DNA of 64,000 bases from an uncultured Planctomycetota bacterium (GTDB lineage Bacteria; Planctomycetota; Planctomycetia; Isosphaerales; Isosphaeraceae). Both the position numbers and the translations under genes were made by a program. The stretch covers positions 32,001-96,000 of the forward strand of contig CAWJTV010000011.1 of NCBI GenBank assembly GCA_963845755.1, read 5' to 3'. This document shows positions 46,239 to 57,309 of the stretch, piece by piece. Below the pieces are notes generated by a model. That model saw nothing but the letters and a program-made list of their open reading frames with translations, ran no database searches and was not told the DNA's origin. Each line of letters begins with the position of its first letter. Positions within the stretch are counted from its first letter, which is position 1.

Positions 46239-46573
46239 TTCGGGCTGGAGAGCCAGACTTCGGTGACTCTCCTACCGCTTCAATCCTGCAAAATTATGCA
46301 CGAATTCTTTTACACCTTGTCTCGCAATAAGTTGCGTCCGAGACCCACCCGATTGAAAAATCGCGGCTCGATCACTTAAGAATCGCCTAAGTCCTTAGAA
46401 AATCAGGGCTTGCGGCACGCAATCACTCCAGAGGCGCCGTACTCGATGTCGATGTGGGGCGTCCCCTTATGCGATTTATAGAGTAGAGGGACTAAGCCCG
46501 CTTTCGATCGGGCAATGGGCGAGGCAGTCGTCCGAAGGGGTCCTTTGTTTTTTTCCTGCCAAGGGGTAAGGCA

Positions 46574-47515
46574 ATGACCCCATCAAGAGGAGCTCAGGTT
46601 CCCCGTCTTGGATTCACCTTGATTGAGGTCTTGGTCGCCATGGCGATCATTGCCATTCTCTGCGCGATCCTGATACCCGCGGTTCTGCTCGTCCGAGAGT
46701 CAGCCCGCCGAATATCCTGCACGAACAACTTGTCACAGCTCGGCGTTGCCCTGAACTCGTATCTCGGGTTCTATAACGATGTCATGCCGGCGCCGTCCAA
46801 TGGCTACTCGGTCCATGTCGTCCTGCTCCCGATGCTGGACCAGGGCGCCCTGTACAATATGTTCAACCTATCGCAAACGTACATGCCGACGCCGGGGTAC
46901 CGAGTTAGCTCCACGATCTCCTCCTGTTTGGTCGGTACGTTCGGCTGCCCGTCCGACTCGGAATTCGGAGTAACCGGCAACGTGAACTACGCCTGCAACA
47001 CGGGTACTGGCTTGATCTCGTATGGGATGAACGGAGTGTTTACTTACGGTGTATGGTCCAAGGCGATACCCGTGAGTAGCATCACCGATGGCACCAGTAA
47101 CACGACGGCGATGTCCGAGTGGTTACTTGGGCTGCCGAATCTCGGGAGAGATCCCAGGCGCACAGTGTTCATTACGTCATCCGGCCCTTACGTGACTACG
47201 GACGGCCTGGCTCGCGATTGTCGTGGAATTGATATGTGGCTCGCTCCGCGAAGCAACAACAAGGGCACGGCGTGGATTGCCAACCAGATGTCCTTTACGT
47301 TATACAACCATGTTATGAACATTAACGAGTACAGTTGCCTCCCGGGTGGCGCCATGCCACTTGGTGCTCTCACCGCCGGCAGCATGCACAATAGCGGGGC
47401 GAACTCGTTGTTCGTAGACGGTCACGTGAAGTGCATCTCGTCCGGGATCGACCTCAAAGTCTGGAGGGCCGCCGGCAGCCGAGACGGTGGTGAGGTGGTC
47501 ACATCCGACCTCTAG
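46574..47515 (+). CDS. DUF1559 prepilin-type N-methylation protein
   Basis: GFTLIEVLV, CTNNLSQLG, ITDGTSNT, HNSGANSLFVDGHV. Confidence 0.93.
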   Translation: MTPSRGAQVPRLGFTLIEVLVAMAIIAILCAILIPAVLLVRESARRISCTNNLSQLGVALNSYLGFYNDVMPAPSNGYSVHVVLLPMLDQGALYNMFNLSQTYMPTPGYRVSSTISSCLVGTFGCPSDSEFGVTGNVNYACNTGTGLISYGMNGVFTYGVWSKAIPVSSITDGTSNTTAMSEWLLGLPNLGRDPRRTVFITSSGPYVTTDGLARDCRGIDMWLAPRSNNKGTAWIANQMSFTLYNHVMNINEYSCLPGGAMPLGALTAGSMHNSGANSLFVDGHVKCISSGIDLKVWRAAGSRDGGEVVTSDL

Positions 47516-47590
47516 GTCGGCATCCGCTTGCGCTCCTGACACGTGTCTCTTGTCCAACATCCATTTTGCCAGCAGCGGAGGAAGACGACA

Positions 47591-48034
47591 ATGAGGACAG
47601 CCGTGATTCTCGTCGCGGTAGTTGTGGTGTGCTCGCTCTCGACGATCGAGGCCCATGCTCAATCGGGCTATGCGCTCTCGGTGTGGTCACCGACGAACGG
47701 GCAAAACTACGGTAACGGGGCTTGGATGAACGTTAACGGGTCGTTCACGTACCCGTGGCCATGCGTGGGAATTACATGCTCACCCAACGTGTGGCTGACT
47801 TTGACGGGCGGCAATACGATGTGGTACAATGTGGATCTGAATGCAAACGGTATGGTGAGCTACGGCTATGGTTATGGCGGTATCGTGGCGACCTTAACCG
47901 TATATGCGAACATGCCGTGGGGATCCTATGACATGGATATCTGGCTGTCCGACGCGACATCGAACCCACCGGCCGGCAACGGCAACAATGTACTCGGAAG
48001 TCCAGTGTTCTTGACGATATCAGTGGGACCATGA
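47591..48034 (+). CDS. Secreted hypothetical protein (G/N/Y/W-rich)
   Basis: Signal peptide MRTAVILVAVVVVCSLSTIEAHA; RBS GGAGG. Confidence 0.7.
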   Translation: MRTAVILVAVVVVCSLSTIEAHAQSGYALSVWSPTNGQNYGNGAWMNVNGSFTYPWPCVGITCSPNVWLTLTGGNTMWYNVDLNANGMVSYGYGYGGIVATLTVYANMPWGSYDMDIWLSDATSNPPAGNGNNVLGSPVFLTISVGP

Positions 48035-48050
48035 TGGGCCCCCGGGGTGA

Positions 48051-48569
48051 TTGTCATGCCGAGTGGCCCGGTCCGCGGCTGGCCAGCGTCTGTGGCCAGT
48101 CTACGCGCTCGTTTCCACCGCCTCCGCCCTAGTCTGTACAACGATCTACGAGTATGGATCAGTCGGTGCCGCCCTGGCGGCAGTGCGTGGCCGCGCTGTC
48201 CATGTCGAACACACCACCAAGTCGTTCGGTGCGACAAAGGTCGGCTCCAATCGTAAGGTGGAATTTGTGCTGAACAATTTGCTGAATCGCCCCGTCCGAG
48301 TGGTCGCTTCGGAGTCGGCGTGTTCGTGCGCGTCGGTGGTTCGCCTTCCGGTTACTATTCCACCGATGGGTAGCCAGACCGTTATGGTCTCGGTGCAACC
48401 ACAGATCGTTGGTCGCCTCGAACAGACTGTCGGTTTGCAGATAGACGTCCTGGGTCACCCGCTCCTGCAACTCCGTGTGGTTGGTGAGGTGGAAGCGGGA
48501 GAAGAACCTGATCAAAAAAACGGAAGGACGGGAATAGTGAAGACGGAGAACCGCCGCCCCGCTTTTTGA
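48051..48569 (+). CDS. DUF1573-like Ig-fold protein
   Basis: FVLNNLLNRPVRVVASESACSCA...IPPMGS. Confidence 0.7.
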   Translation: MSCRVARSAAGQRLWPVYALVSTASALVCTTIYEYGSVGAALAAVRGRAVHVEHTTKSFGATKVGSNRKVEFVLNNLLNRPVRVVASESACSCASVVRLPVTIPPMGSQTVMVSVQPQIVGRLEQTVGLQIDVLGHPLLQLRVVGEVEAGEEPDQKNGRTGIVKTENRRPAF

Positions 48570-48636
48570 AGGGCTCTTATGACACGAACGGCCTGGACGC
48601 CCGACGGCTCTGCGATCTGATCTTCTTGAGGAACTC

Positions 48637-51293
48637 TCATGGCACGAACGGCGTGTGCGGCACCCGGGCGTGGCAGGTCGTCCCGGCGTGGAAACGCCTG
48701 GCATGAGGACCGCGACCGTAGAAGATGTGAGGGCGCCGGGGTCCCTCGAGCGCCGGCGCCTTGTGGCCCAAACGCTTCTGGAGCGGTCGCCGGACTCGAT
48801 AGGCGACGGCCGAAGTCAGGATCACTCCGAGAGGGATCGTGAGGTCGGCTTCGATCAGGTGTGATCGGTGTTTTCGACGGCGTGCGGGGACCGGGACTTC
48901 GGACTGGGCGAGGATTTCCGAGGACTCCGGCGTCCTGGGGCTGTGGTCTGCATCGGACACCCCGCCGAGCCAGGAGGAGATGGGCCCGCTCGGGAACCAG
49001 TTGACCAGGGAGAGCAGCCGGTCAACCCGCGCCAGGACCCGCGCATCTTCGCCGGCGCCGACCGTCTCGGGTTTGGCCGTCACAGCCAGGACGGCCGCCT
49101 CTTGCGGGACGGCCGGTTGACCTTCGGCGGAGCCGAGATTTTCGGGCGGATCGCCATTGCCGAGTCGCCACTCGGAGTCCGACGCCGACGTGTAGCGGAT
49201 TCCCGGCATCAACCCGTTCAATCGATCCGCCACGGAAGCCAGCGCCCCCTCGACCGTCGGGCCGACCGCGGCGACCTGCTGGGCATCCGCCCCCGGCAGC
49301 CCCATCAGGCCCGTGTCCATCGAGACCAGCAGCAAGCTGGAGGGGACGGGAGACGCGACGAGTGCTGTCACACTCGATGCCGCGCTGCCGCCGGAAATCA
49401 CCGCATTCGTCACCCCATCGGCTGCTCCCAGGCCCGATGTCGCGGTCGGGTCCGCCGAGAGCGAGCCGACCAGCGACAAGCTCAGCGCGGGTGCCTGGCC
49501 GACGCCGTTCTCGATGATCTTCTCGTAATCGAGTGCCAGCGGCTTGAGGGTCCATTGAACCACGGCGGGTTGAGACCCGACGGCGGTCACCCGCACGTCG
49601 TAGACCCCGGGCTGGAGTGCCATCTCGGAGTGGGTCAGTCCCGACAGGTTGTCCATGGTGAGGGCGGTCGTCCCGCCTGGCCCCGTGACTTCGAGATCGG
49701 CCTCGCCTGCGCCCACGAGGGTCTGGATCCCGTAAGTACCGGGGCAGATCACCACGAAGCGGTAGGCGGTTTCCTGGCCGGCGGCGAGCAGGGTGGTCCG
49801 CGAGATCGACGAGTCCCAGGTCACGTTGATCGGGCCGGGCCAGACGACGCCCAGATTGTCGGGGCGCTCGCTCCGGTGGGTGCGATGGTCCAGGTCGCCA
49901 GGACGCCCGACGGATTGCCCGACGGAGCGACCAGCGGTAGGCCGGAGGAATCGGTCAAGCCGCCTTGGACCGGATCGACCAACCGGTACGTCCCCGCCGG
50001 CAGGGGTTCGTCGAAGATGAACCCAAGTGCGTTCGTGGCGAATTGATCGCTCACGGCCGTGATGGGCCAGACCTGGCCCGAGGCGTTGACCACTTCGAGG
50101 GCGGTCTCTTGCTGGTCGGGAAGGAATAGAGGGGTCGCGTTGACCGGGCCGGAGAAGGTCAGGTCCAGTCCCGTCGGGGACGGTTCGAGGGAATCCGCGT
50201 ACTCCAGGGTGTGGCCCACCAGGGTGGTGGTGCTGACGGCCGGATCGGCGAACAACTGGAGGAGGAACCGGCCGCTGGGGCCTTCGAAACCCGCGATGCC
50301 CGGCGTCCCCGTCACGGGGTTGTAGCCGTTGAGCCATCCGGTCAGGTTCTTGGCGGCGGAGACCCCGACGTAATACGTTCCCGGCGCCAGGCCCTCGATG
50401 AGGAAGGGATCGGAGCGGTTGGTCGCCGAACCCGCGCCGGAGGTGTTTTCGGCCAGCACATCCCCCTTGGCGTCGAAGAGGGTCAGGCCGGCTGTCAAGG
50501 GGCTGCCGATGGCCTGCGACAAGAGCTGCGCATTCAATTGCCAGCGGTTCCCCGACGGCAGCGTGAACTGATAGAGGCTTACCGACGACGACGCGTTCTG
50601 GGGATCGACGAAGCCCGAAACGCTCCGCGTCGTCGGGCCGATGTTCCCCAACTTGATCGCGCCTCCCAGCGTCACTCCGGGGCCCAGGATCGTGAACTGG
50701 GCGATCGGCACCGGCTGGCTCCCCGCCCAGGCCGATGCCGGGTAGAACGAACCGAACACGGAAGCCAGCACAGTCCCCGGCAGGATGTCGAGCTGGTAAG
50801 TCCCCGGCCCCAGCCCCAGGTTCCCTGCCGAAGGCGAGATGCTGACCTGGGCCTGGGAGACGGTCCCATCGGCAGCCGTCTGGATGGTGACGTTCTCCTG
50901 CAGCGGCGACGAGGTGTTGCTGCCCAGCACGGGCGACCCCACGCCGCCGGGGCCGACCTGGTCGAGCTCCACCTCGGCGTTGTCACCCTGGCTGACATTG
51001 TCGAACGCGACGAGTGCGGGAAAGGTCTGACCTGGTTCGGTACCGAGTAAGCCCGAGAAGACATTGTCGATCGTGGTGACGTCACCCGGGTCGAAGGTGA
51101 TCGCCAACTGCTGAGGCGCCTGAAGCAGGACCGTCCCATCGGCCGGCTGAATCGCATCGATCCCGGGTAGGGAGACCGAGAGGAGATGCCGGCTCTCCAG
51201 GAGTTCCAGGGCGGGCCGACGACTCGCTGGCCGCTGGGAGCGGGTTCGGAGATGATACGACTTCCCATCAAGCAGGTTCATCGGGATATCCAC
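48637..51293 (-). CDS. Large secreted LESR-motif protein with PPC-like domains, frameshift near 49830
   Basis: LELLESRHLLS; LTLFDAKGDVLA...DPFL..GLAPGTYYVGVS. Confidence 0.75.
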
Positions 51294-51311
51294 GACTTCG
51301 GTGATGCCCTG

Positions 51312-52832
51312 TCACCGGTGGTGTCTTCGGGGCGTCGAATGCCGCTGGTGGTGGCCGTGCCAATCCTCCAGGACGGCATCCACCGCCTGGAAGACGACCA
51401 CCACGTCCGGCATGCCGGCGGTCGAGCTGGGCTGCTGCCCCGTCTTGGAATTGCTCTGCGGAGTCATCGCGGTCGTCTCCGCGTCCTGCGTCGTGAAGCT
51501 GGGCAAAGCGCCGATTGATCCGCCACCATGGCCGGTGGGCGGGTTCGGCTGCGCAGGTGGCACGGTGGTCTTCCCCGCGACCGCGCCGCTATTCATCTGG
51601 AAAGCCCAGCCCGAGATATTGCCGATCGTGATCCAAATGGGCTGCTGCGGGATGAGGGGAGACTCGCCGGCACCGATGGCGTTCATGCTTGCCTCAATGG
51701 CGTTCTGGGTGGTGCCGCCGCTGTTGTCCGGCTGTTCAGGCACCACCGTGTTCGGCGGCGAGATCGGCGACTGGGACTGCGAGCCGAAATTGACCAGCAA
51801 GCCGTAGGCTCCAACGGTACCCACCGTGCCCGAGCTCGCCGCCGTGACCCTGATGTAATACTTCTGCCCGGCCTGAACGTTAATCGTCGTCGAGGGCGCC
51901 GCCCCGTAGACGCCCGTCGCGTAGACTTGGGAGATCTGGCTCAGCGACGAGTTGTAGACGGTCAGCCCGGGTGCCAGCGAGCTCAGGTTGGACGACTGCG
52001 CGGTGATCGCCATCTTTCCGGTCGTCGAGGAGGGGACTGTGACAACGTACCACTCCGCATCACCGGCGGTGGTATTGTCCAGGGCCGAGAGCGAGATCTG
52101 GGACTGACCGTTGATATAGGACGTGATATTGGTCGCGGTCAGAAACGTGCTGTTCCGCGTGCCGTGGTTATTGAACTGGTCGTACTGGTGCGCGCCATAA
52201 ACGGAATCGATACCGCTAACGTCGTCGCTGCTCAGGGTCTGATTGATCCCCTCGTAGGTGCCGTACATCACGGCCCATTGGACGCTCGAGTCGCCCAGGC
52301 CCAGGGCGTGGCCGAACTCATGCGCCGCCACGGTCATCAGGTCATACGTGTTGTTGATCGCCCAGGTCGCCGTCGAGTTGAACAGGATATCACCGGCAGC
52401 CGTGCCGCCATTGGCCTGCGGGGGCAGGAAGGTTTCGGCGAGGACGCCGGACGGCAACGGGATGGCGCCGATGCGGATGTCGCCGAACCGCGGGTCGTCT
52501 TGCTGATCGCCGCTGATGCCGTCCGCTTCTCCGCCATCCGGAACCAGGGACAGGTTGACATTGGCAGCCGTCTCCCAGATCGACGCCGCCTGTTCGATCT
52601 GAGTTTGCCAGGTCGCCGTGGAAGCCACCTTGTTGAGGGTCTGGAACAGAACGCTGGGCGTTCCGCCCACGCTGGTCCCATCGGGCATGAAGCTGTAGGT
52701 GATCCGGCTGTCGTAGGTCCACATGTCGCCGAGGGTCGAGTAGAGCAGCAGCCGACTCTCCAGATGTTCCGGGGCAGGGCGGGCGTTGCGAGACGGTGTC
52801 CACCGAGCGGAGGTGCGTCGAAGTCCCAGCAT
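51312..52832 (-). CDS. Matrixin-family (M10-like) metalloprotease, secreted
   Basis: LESRLLL; GDIRIG, AGDILFN, AAHEFGHALGLGDS, Met-turn AVMY. Confidence 0.9.
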   Translation of the reverse strand: MLGLRRTSARWTPSRNARPAPEHLESRLLLYSTLGDMWTYDSRITYSFMPDGTSVGGTPSVLFQTLNKVASTATWQTQIEQAASIWETAANVNLSLVPDGGEADGISGDQQDDPRFGDIRIGAIPLPSGVLAETFLPPQANGGTAAGDILFNSTATWAINNTYDLMTVAAHEFGHALGLGDSSVQWAVMYGTYEGINQTLSSDDVSGIDSVYGAHQYDQFNNHGTRNSTFLTATNITSYINGQSQISLSALDNTTAGDAEWYVVTVPSSTTGKMAITAQSSNLSSLAPGLTVYNSSLSQISQVYATGVYGAAPSTTINVQAGQKYYIRVTAASSGTVGTVGAYGLLVNFGSQSQSPISPPNTVVPEQPDNSGGTTQNAIEASMNAIGAGESPLIPQQPIWITIGNISGWAFQMNSGAVAGKTTVPPAQPNPPTGHGGGSIGALPSFTTQDAETTAMTPQSNSKTGQQPSSTAGMPDVVVVFQAVDAVLEDWHGHHQRHSTPRRHHR

Positions 52833-53212
52833 CGTAATACTCCGTTGCAAATCAGGGAGATTTCGCAGGGGATAGACTCAGACGGCGGAGGATCGATTTC
52901 GTCGCGCGGCTGAAGGCCAACGCCTCATCCGGCTAGGGAAGCTCAGGATCATCGCGGCTTCGTGATCCTCCACCGAACACAGTAGACGCACCTCCACTGC
53001 AACACTAGGTCAGGTTGGGAGATGCTGCCAAGAAAAGACGTGTTAGCCCGGTGGTCAGGCAAATTTGAGGGAGGGGCGTTGCGATCGAGCCACAAGTGCT
53101 GCCAAAAAAGGACATGAAATCGGTCGAACCTGGAGCTTCATCGGCTCAGAAAAGCCACTTCCGTCGCCCGGCGAGATCCGCGGCCGCGGAGCCGGTCGGA
53201 CCCGATGGGCCG

Positions 53213-53995
53213 TCAAACCGCGGCGCGGGTCGCCCGCTTCCGCCGCCAGATCATGGCGGCAGCCGCCAGGCCCCAGAAGGTCCAGGTCGTGGGCTCCGGG
53301 GTCGCCATCGGAACAACCATCTGCGGCGCCGACTGGATGATCTGATCGAAGCCGCTCGGAAGAATCGCCGCGCGCAGGGCGGCGGCGGCGGCCGGGCTGA
53401 ACGTCGAGTTCGGGCTGATCATCATGGCCCAGTTGGCCCTCGTCGAATCGATATAGTTGCCGGACTGGTCGTAATTCTCCCCGACGCCGAAGGCGAGCAT
53501 CAACTCGTGGGCGATATTGTGCGCGACAAGCCATTCGAGCTGATCGACCGATTGGGCCGATTGGGCCATCGGATCGATGAAGCTGAACCCGTTGCCGCCG
53601 ATGGCGGTTGTCCCAATAGCGCCGGGAAAGGCCAGGCTCGAGGTGTTCGAGACCTCGCTGAGCACATGGGCGGTTGGGATGCCGGGATTGTCTGTCAGAG
53701 CGACTGCAATTCCGCTGAGGCTGAAGGTCTGCTCGACACGCTGGAGGACCGTGCCGTCGAAACTCTGCTGTTGCTGCGCGGTGGGAGGGCCGCCGAAGAG
53801 GCCGGCGACGGCTGTGCTGTCGAACCAGGGCTGTGCGTTACCGGTTGTGATCTGGCTCTGGTCGGGATACGGGCTGGATCCCAGGTTGATGAAGGCGTCA
53901 ACGGGGGCGGACGAAATGAGCGGATCGGCGCCGGCCGTTCGCACCGCGGCGATCGACAGGATGATACCCAGAACGAGGATCCTCCAACCAGCCAT
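53213..53995 (-). CDS. PEP-CTERM sorting-signal protein
   Basis: Signal peptide; C-terminal TPEPTTWTFWGLAAAAMIWRRKR. Confidence 0.85.
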   Translation of the reverse strand: MAGWRILVLGIILSIAAVRTAGADPLISSAPVDAFINLGSSPYPDQSQITTGNAQPWFDSTAVAGLFGGPPTAQQQQSFDGTVLQRVEQTFSLSGIAVALTDNPGIPTAHVLSEVSNTSSLAFPGAIGTTAIGGNGFSFIDPMAQSAQSVDQLEWLVAHNIAHELMLAFGVGENYDQSGNYIDSTRANWAMMISPNSTFSPAAAAALRAAILPSGFDQIIQSAPQMVVPMATPEPTTWTFWGLAAAAMIWRRKRATRAAV

Positions 53996-54566
53996 CGCGA
54001 ACCTCCTGTTCGAACCCCTGGGGACTGCCGTTATAACGATCCTGCCGCATTCCCTCTTTGGATGGGACGCCAAGGTTTTCGACCGGCGCGGAGACTATGT
54101 AGCCAGCGGCCGGCTTCCGCTCGGGTCGAATCCCACTGATCTGAAGGGAAGGGAAGAGCCGACGAAATCGAAGGGATGCCTCCCCAGTTAGCAAACTTCA
54201 TGCCGAGATCAAGTCCTCACCGAATGACCGATGCTTCAGCGGGAGAAGATTGTCGAAACTACCGATTCGGCCGGCTGTTCGGTTTTTTCGCCCGGGAACC
54301 TCGGGGTGCCGCCCCGGACCGGTCCGGGGCGCGCGAATGTTCCACAACCTGGTGCTTTTTACAAACCCTTGGATATCTTGGGAGAGAACGAGCAGACTCA
54401 CGTCCACGGCGTGGGGGGCCGGTACCGATCAGCCTGCCACCGGACAAAAGCGATCTCCGGCGGAACTTTTTCCCCGGCAGCGGCACCTTGAGAGAGGATC
54501 GGTGTTGGTCCATGCCACTTCCTCGACGATTCTGGTACGGGGTTCTGGGAAGTTGGAAGTTGGGTC

Positions 54567-54596
54567 TTGATCATCGTCGGATCCGTCGATTATAGT
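54567..54596 (+). promoter_or_regulatory. Putative sigma-70 promoter TTGATC-N18-TATAGT
   Basis: Near-consensus hexamers about 45 nt upstream of ATG 54640. Confidence 0.5.
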
Positions 54597-54639
54597 GATC
54601 CCTGTATTTGTGACGGTCGTTGATTGGACCAAGGTTGGG

Positions 54640-55002
54640 ATGACCATGCCGCGGTTCGTTCGACAATTCCTGTTCGCCTCACTGGTCGCTTGGCACGCCG
54701 CGGTCATGCTCTGCGGCCCATACCTGCACGAGCTGGCCGGTTCCGGGCACGGCAACGGCGCGGTCTCGTCGAAGGAACAGCGTCCCGACGGCCCCGCGCA
54801 ATCCAACCGCGACGTCACGGACGGCTGCCTCATCTGCCATTTCGTCGCGCAGGGGCAATTGCCGGTCACCTTCTCCGACGGCCCGTCGATCCAGCAGATC
54901 GACGCCCTGACAGTCCCCCCACTCCCAGTCGCACGACCCCTCTCGAACCGGCTCCCAGCCGGCCCTCGCGCTCCGCCAGGGGCGGCCTCCAACCTGTCCT
55001 GA
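54640..55002 (+). CDS. DUF2946-like leader protein with CxxC and RAPP motifs
   Basis: Hydrophobic N-terminus, CLICH (54826-54840), Pro-rich tail GPRAPP (54961-54978). Confidence 0.8.
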   Translation: MTMPRFVRQFLFASLVAWHAAVMLCGPYLHELAGSGHGNGAVSSKEQRPDGPAQSNRDVTDGCLICHFVAQGQLPVTFSDGPSIQQIDALTVPPLPVARPLSNRLPAGPRAPPGAASNLS

Positions 55003-55392
55003 CCGGCGTGAGAGCGCGGTCCTTACAGACCGGCCGCCGGCTGGCGTGCGCCACCCTACCTACCGCGAGCTCCCCGATCGAGCCCCGGCATGGGGCCGCG
55101 CACTCGCCCCGACCGATCGCCTCCGGCGCAACGGCGCCGCGGACCGACCGGCCCGCCGATCCCTGGTCAACGGATCGTTAACGCACGGTCCGGTCGCCGA
55201 TCCGGCCCGGCTGATCCCGGCCGGATCGGCTGCACGTGCAATCACCCCTGCGCGTGAGTCGACACGATCCCACCAAGACGGAGCGGCAGCTCGTGGCCCC
55301 GCGCGGTCCGCGACCGTTGATAACGGCCATATCCGGCAAAAATTGACATTGGAATTTGTCCTGATCCGATTCTCATCTCCGAGGAGTTCCCT

Positions 55393-56497
55393 ATGCGTAA
55401 TGATCGTTCGCGGACCGCAAGACCAGGCTTCACGCTCATCGAGCTCCTGGTCGTGATCGCAATCATCGCGGTCCTGATTGCCCTGCTCCTGCCCGCGGTT
55501 CAGGCCGCTCGCGAAGCCGCTCGCCGGGCCCAGTGCGTCAACAACCTGAAGCAGATCGGCCTGGCGCTGCACAACTATCACGACGCCATCAGCACCTTTC
55601 CTTCCGGCTACATCGATTACCAAAACAACTCCATCTATACTCCCGACCTGGACATGGGACCGGGCTGGGGCTGGGCGGCCCTCGCGCTGCCGTTCCTGGA
55701 ACAGCAGCCCCTGTACAACGCGATCAATTTCAACCTGGGCATACGAAGCGCAAGCAACAGCACGGCCGTGCTGACGCCGTTGACCGTCTTCCAGTGTCCT
55801 ACGGATGGTTACAACCCGCAGCCCTGCATCCTCTACGACAGCACGTTCAGCAACCCCATCATCACGGTGGCGCACTCCAACTACGTCGCTGGCAGCGGCT
55901 GGGAGGAATGCTTTGTGAACGCCACCGGGAACCCCACACCATTCTACCTCAACACCAGCGACCCCAACGATCAAGACGGAGACCCCACGGACGGCATCCC
56001 TGGCAATGGCATTACCTGTGGGTATGGCGCGGCCGGCATCGGCATGTTTTCGCGCAGACAGTAACACGCGCAACGCCTCCGTCATTGACGGACTGAGCAA
56101 CACAATCGCCGTCGGCGAGCGCTGCACCGCCCACTCCCCAACCACCTGGGTCGGCGCCGTGACGGGAGCAAGATGCCCCGCGTGGATGGCTACCATCGGC
56201 TGGACAACCCCCAATACTCCTCCCTCCCAGTGCCAGAATACCGGAAATGGCACCGCCTACGACAATGCGGACTTCGACGAAGCCTTGTGCCTCGGCCATG
56301 GCAACGCCACGCACAAGCCCAACAGCGACAACCCGGTCTTCGACCCCGATACGTTTTGGGCCATGCACCCCGGTGGATGCAATTTCCTGTTCGGCGACGG
56401 CTCGGTGCATTTCCTCAAGGTCAGCATGAACCCGGGCGCGTATCAATACCTGATGACCAGAGCCGGCGGCGAGATCATCTCGGGAGATTCCTATTGA
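55393..56497 (+). CDS. DUF1559 prepilin-type protein, frameshift near 56055
   Basis: [59 protein letters not shown]. Confidence 0.95.
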
Positions 56498-56581
56498 TGG
56501 CCGCGGTCCGCGCGCCTCAAACCGGTGGGCGCTGGCCATTCGCCTGGTTCTTCGCCCCGATTCCGAGGGAGGACTTGACTT

Positions 56582-57019
56582 ATGCGCGTGCAGACAGGTC
56601 TGGTTCTGTTGCTTGGCTTGCTGGCGTGCGCCGGCTGCAACAATGGGAAATCGACCGACGAGTTGATCGCGGATCTGAAGTCGGGCACAGAGATAGAGGG
56701 CGTTAAAGCGGCGCGCACCTTGCCGCGGGGAAGGGGCGATGCGGAAAAGGTCGTTCCGGCGTTGATCGAAGGCCTCACGCATAGGGCCAACGATGTCCGC
56801 CGCAGCTCCGCCCTCAAACTTGGCGAGTTTCACGAACTCGCCAAGGATGCCATCCCCGCGCTCCAGAAGGCGGAGCAGGACGACGCTGACGCCAGGGTCC
56901 GCGAAGCAGCCGGCATCGCCTTGTCGCGCATCGATCCGGAACGATTTCCCTACAAGCTCAAGGTCGGACTTCCCAACACGTCCAAGGGACGGCCGGCGGG
57001 AGCTTCGAGAAGACGCTGA
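56582..57019 (+). CDS. HEAT-repeat lipoprotein
   Basis: Lipobox LLACAGC; VVPALIEGL, AIPALQKA, VREAAGIAL. Confidence 0.82.
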   Translation: MRVQTGLVLLLGLLACAGCNNGKSTDELIADLKSGTEIEGVKAARTLPRGRGDAEKVVPALIEGLTHRANDVRRSSALKLGEFHELAKDAIPALQKAEQDDADARVREAAGIALSRIDPERFPYKLKVGLPNTSKGRPAGASRRR

Positions 57020-57309
57020 TTCGAAGGCCGTCGGTGCCGGCGCGCAGCCTCATCCTGACCACGGGACTGGAAGCTTTTCTCGTATGTGAAACGTGCTCGC
57101 TGATCTTTCAGTTGGCGGGCATGGCTTGTCGGTTGGAGACGGTGCTCTGCCGTGTTTTCTGGCGGATCCCCGGCTGAGCCGGCCATCCTGGGCCGGATCC
57201 CTTGTGTTGTGAACGTCGAACCCCGGGCCGGGACGCGTTCGCGGTGCGGACATCCCGCGCGCGCGCTCGGCCCTCATCTACCACAGCCCATTACTACGGA
57301 GACGCAACG

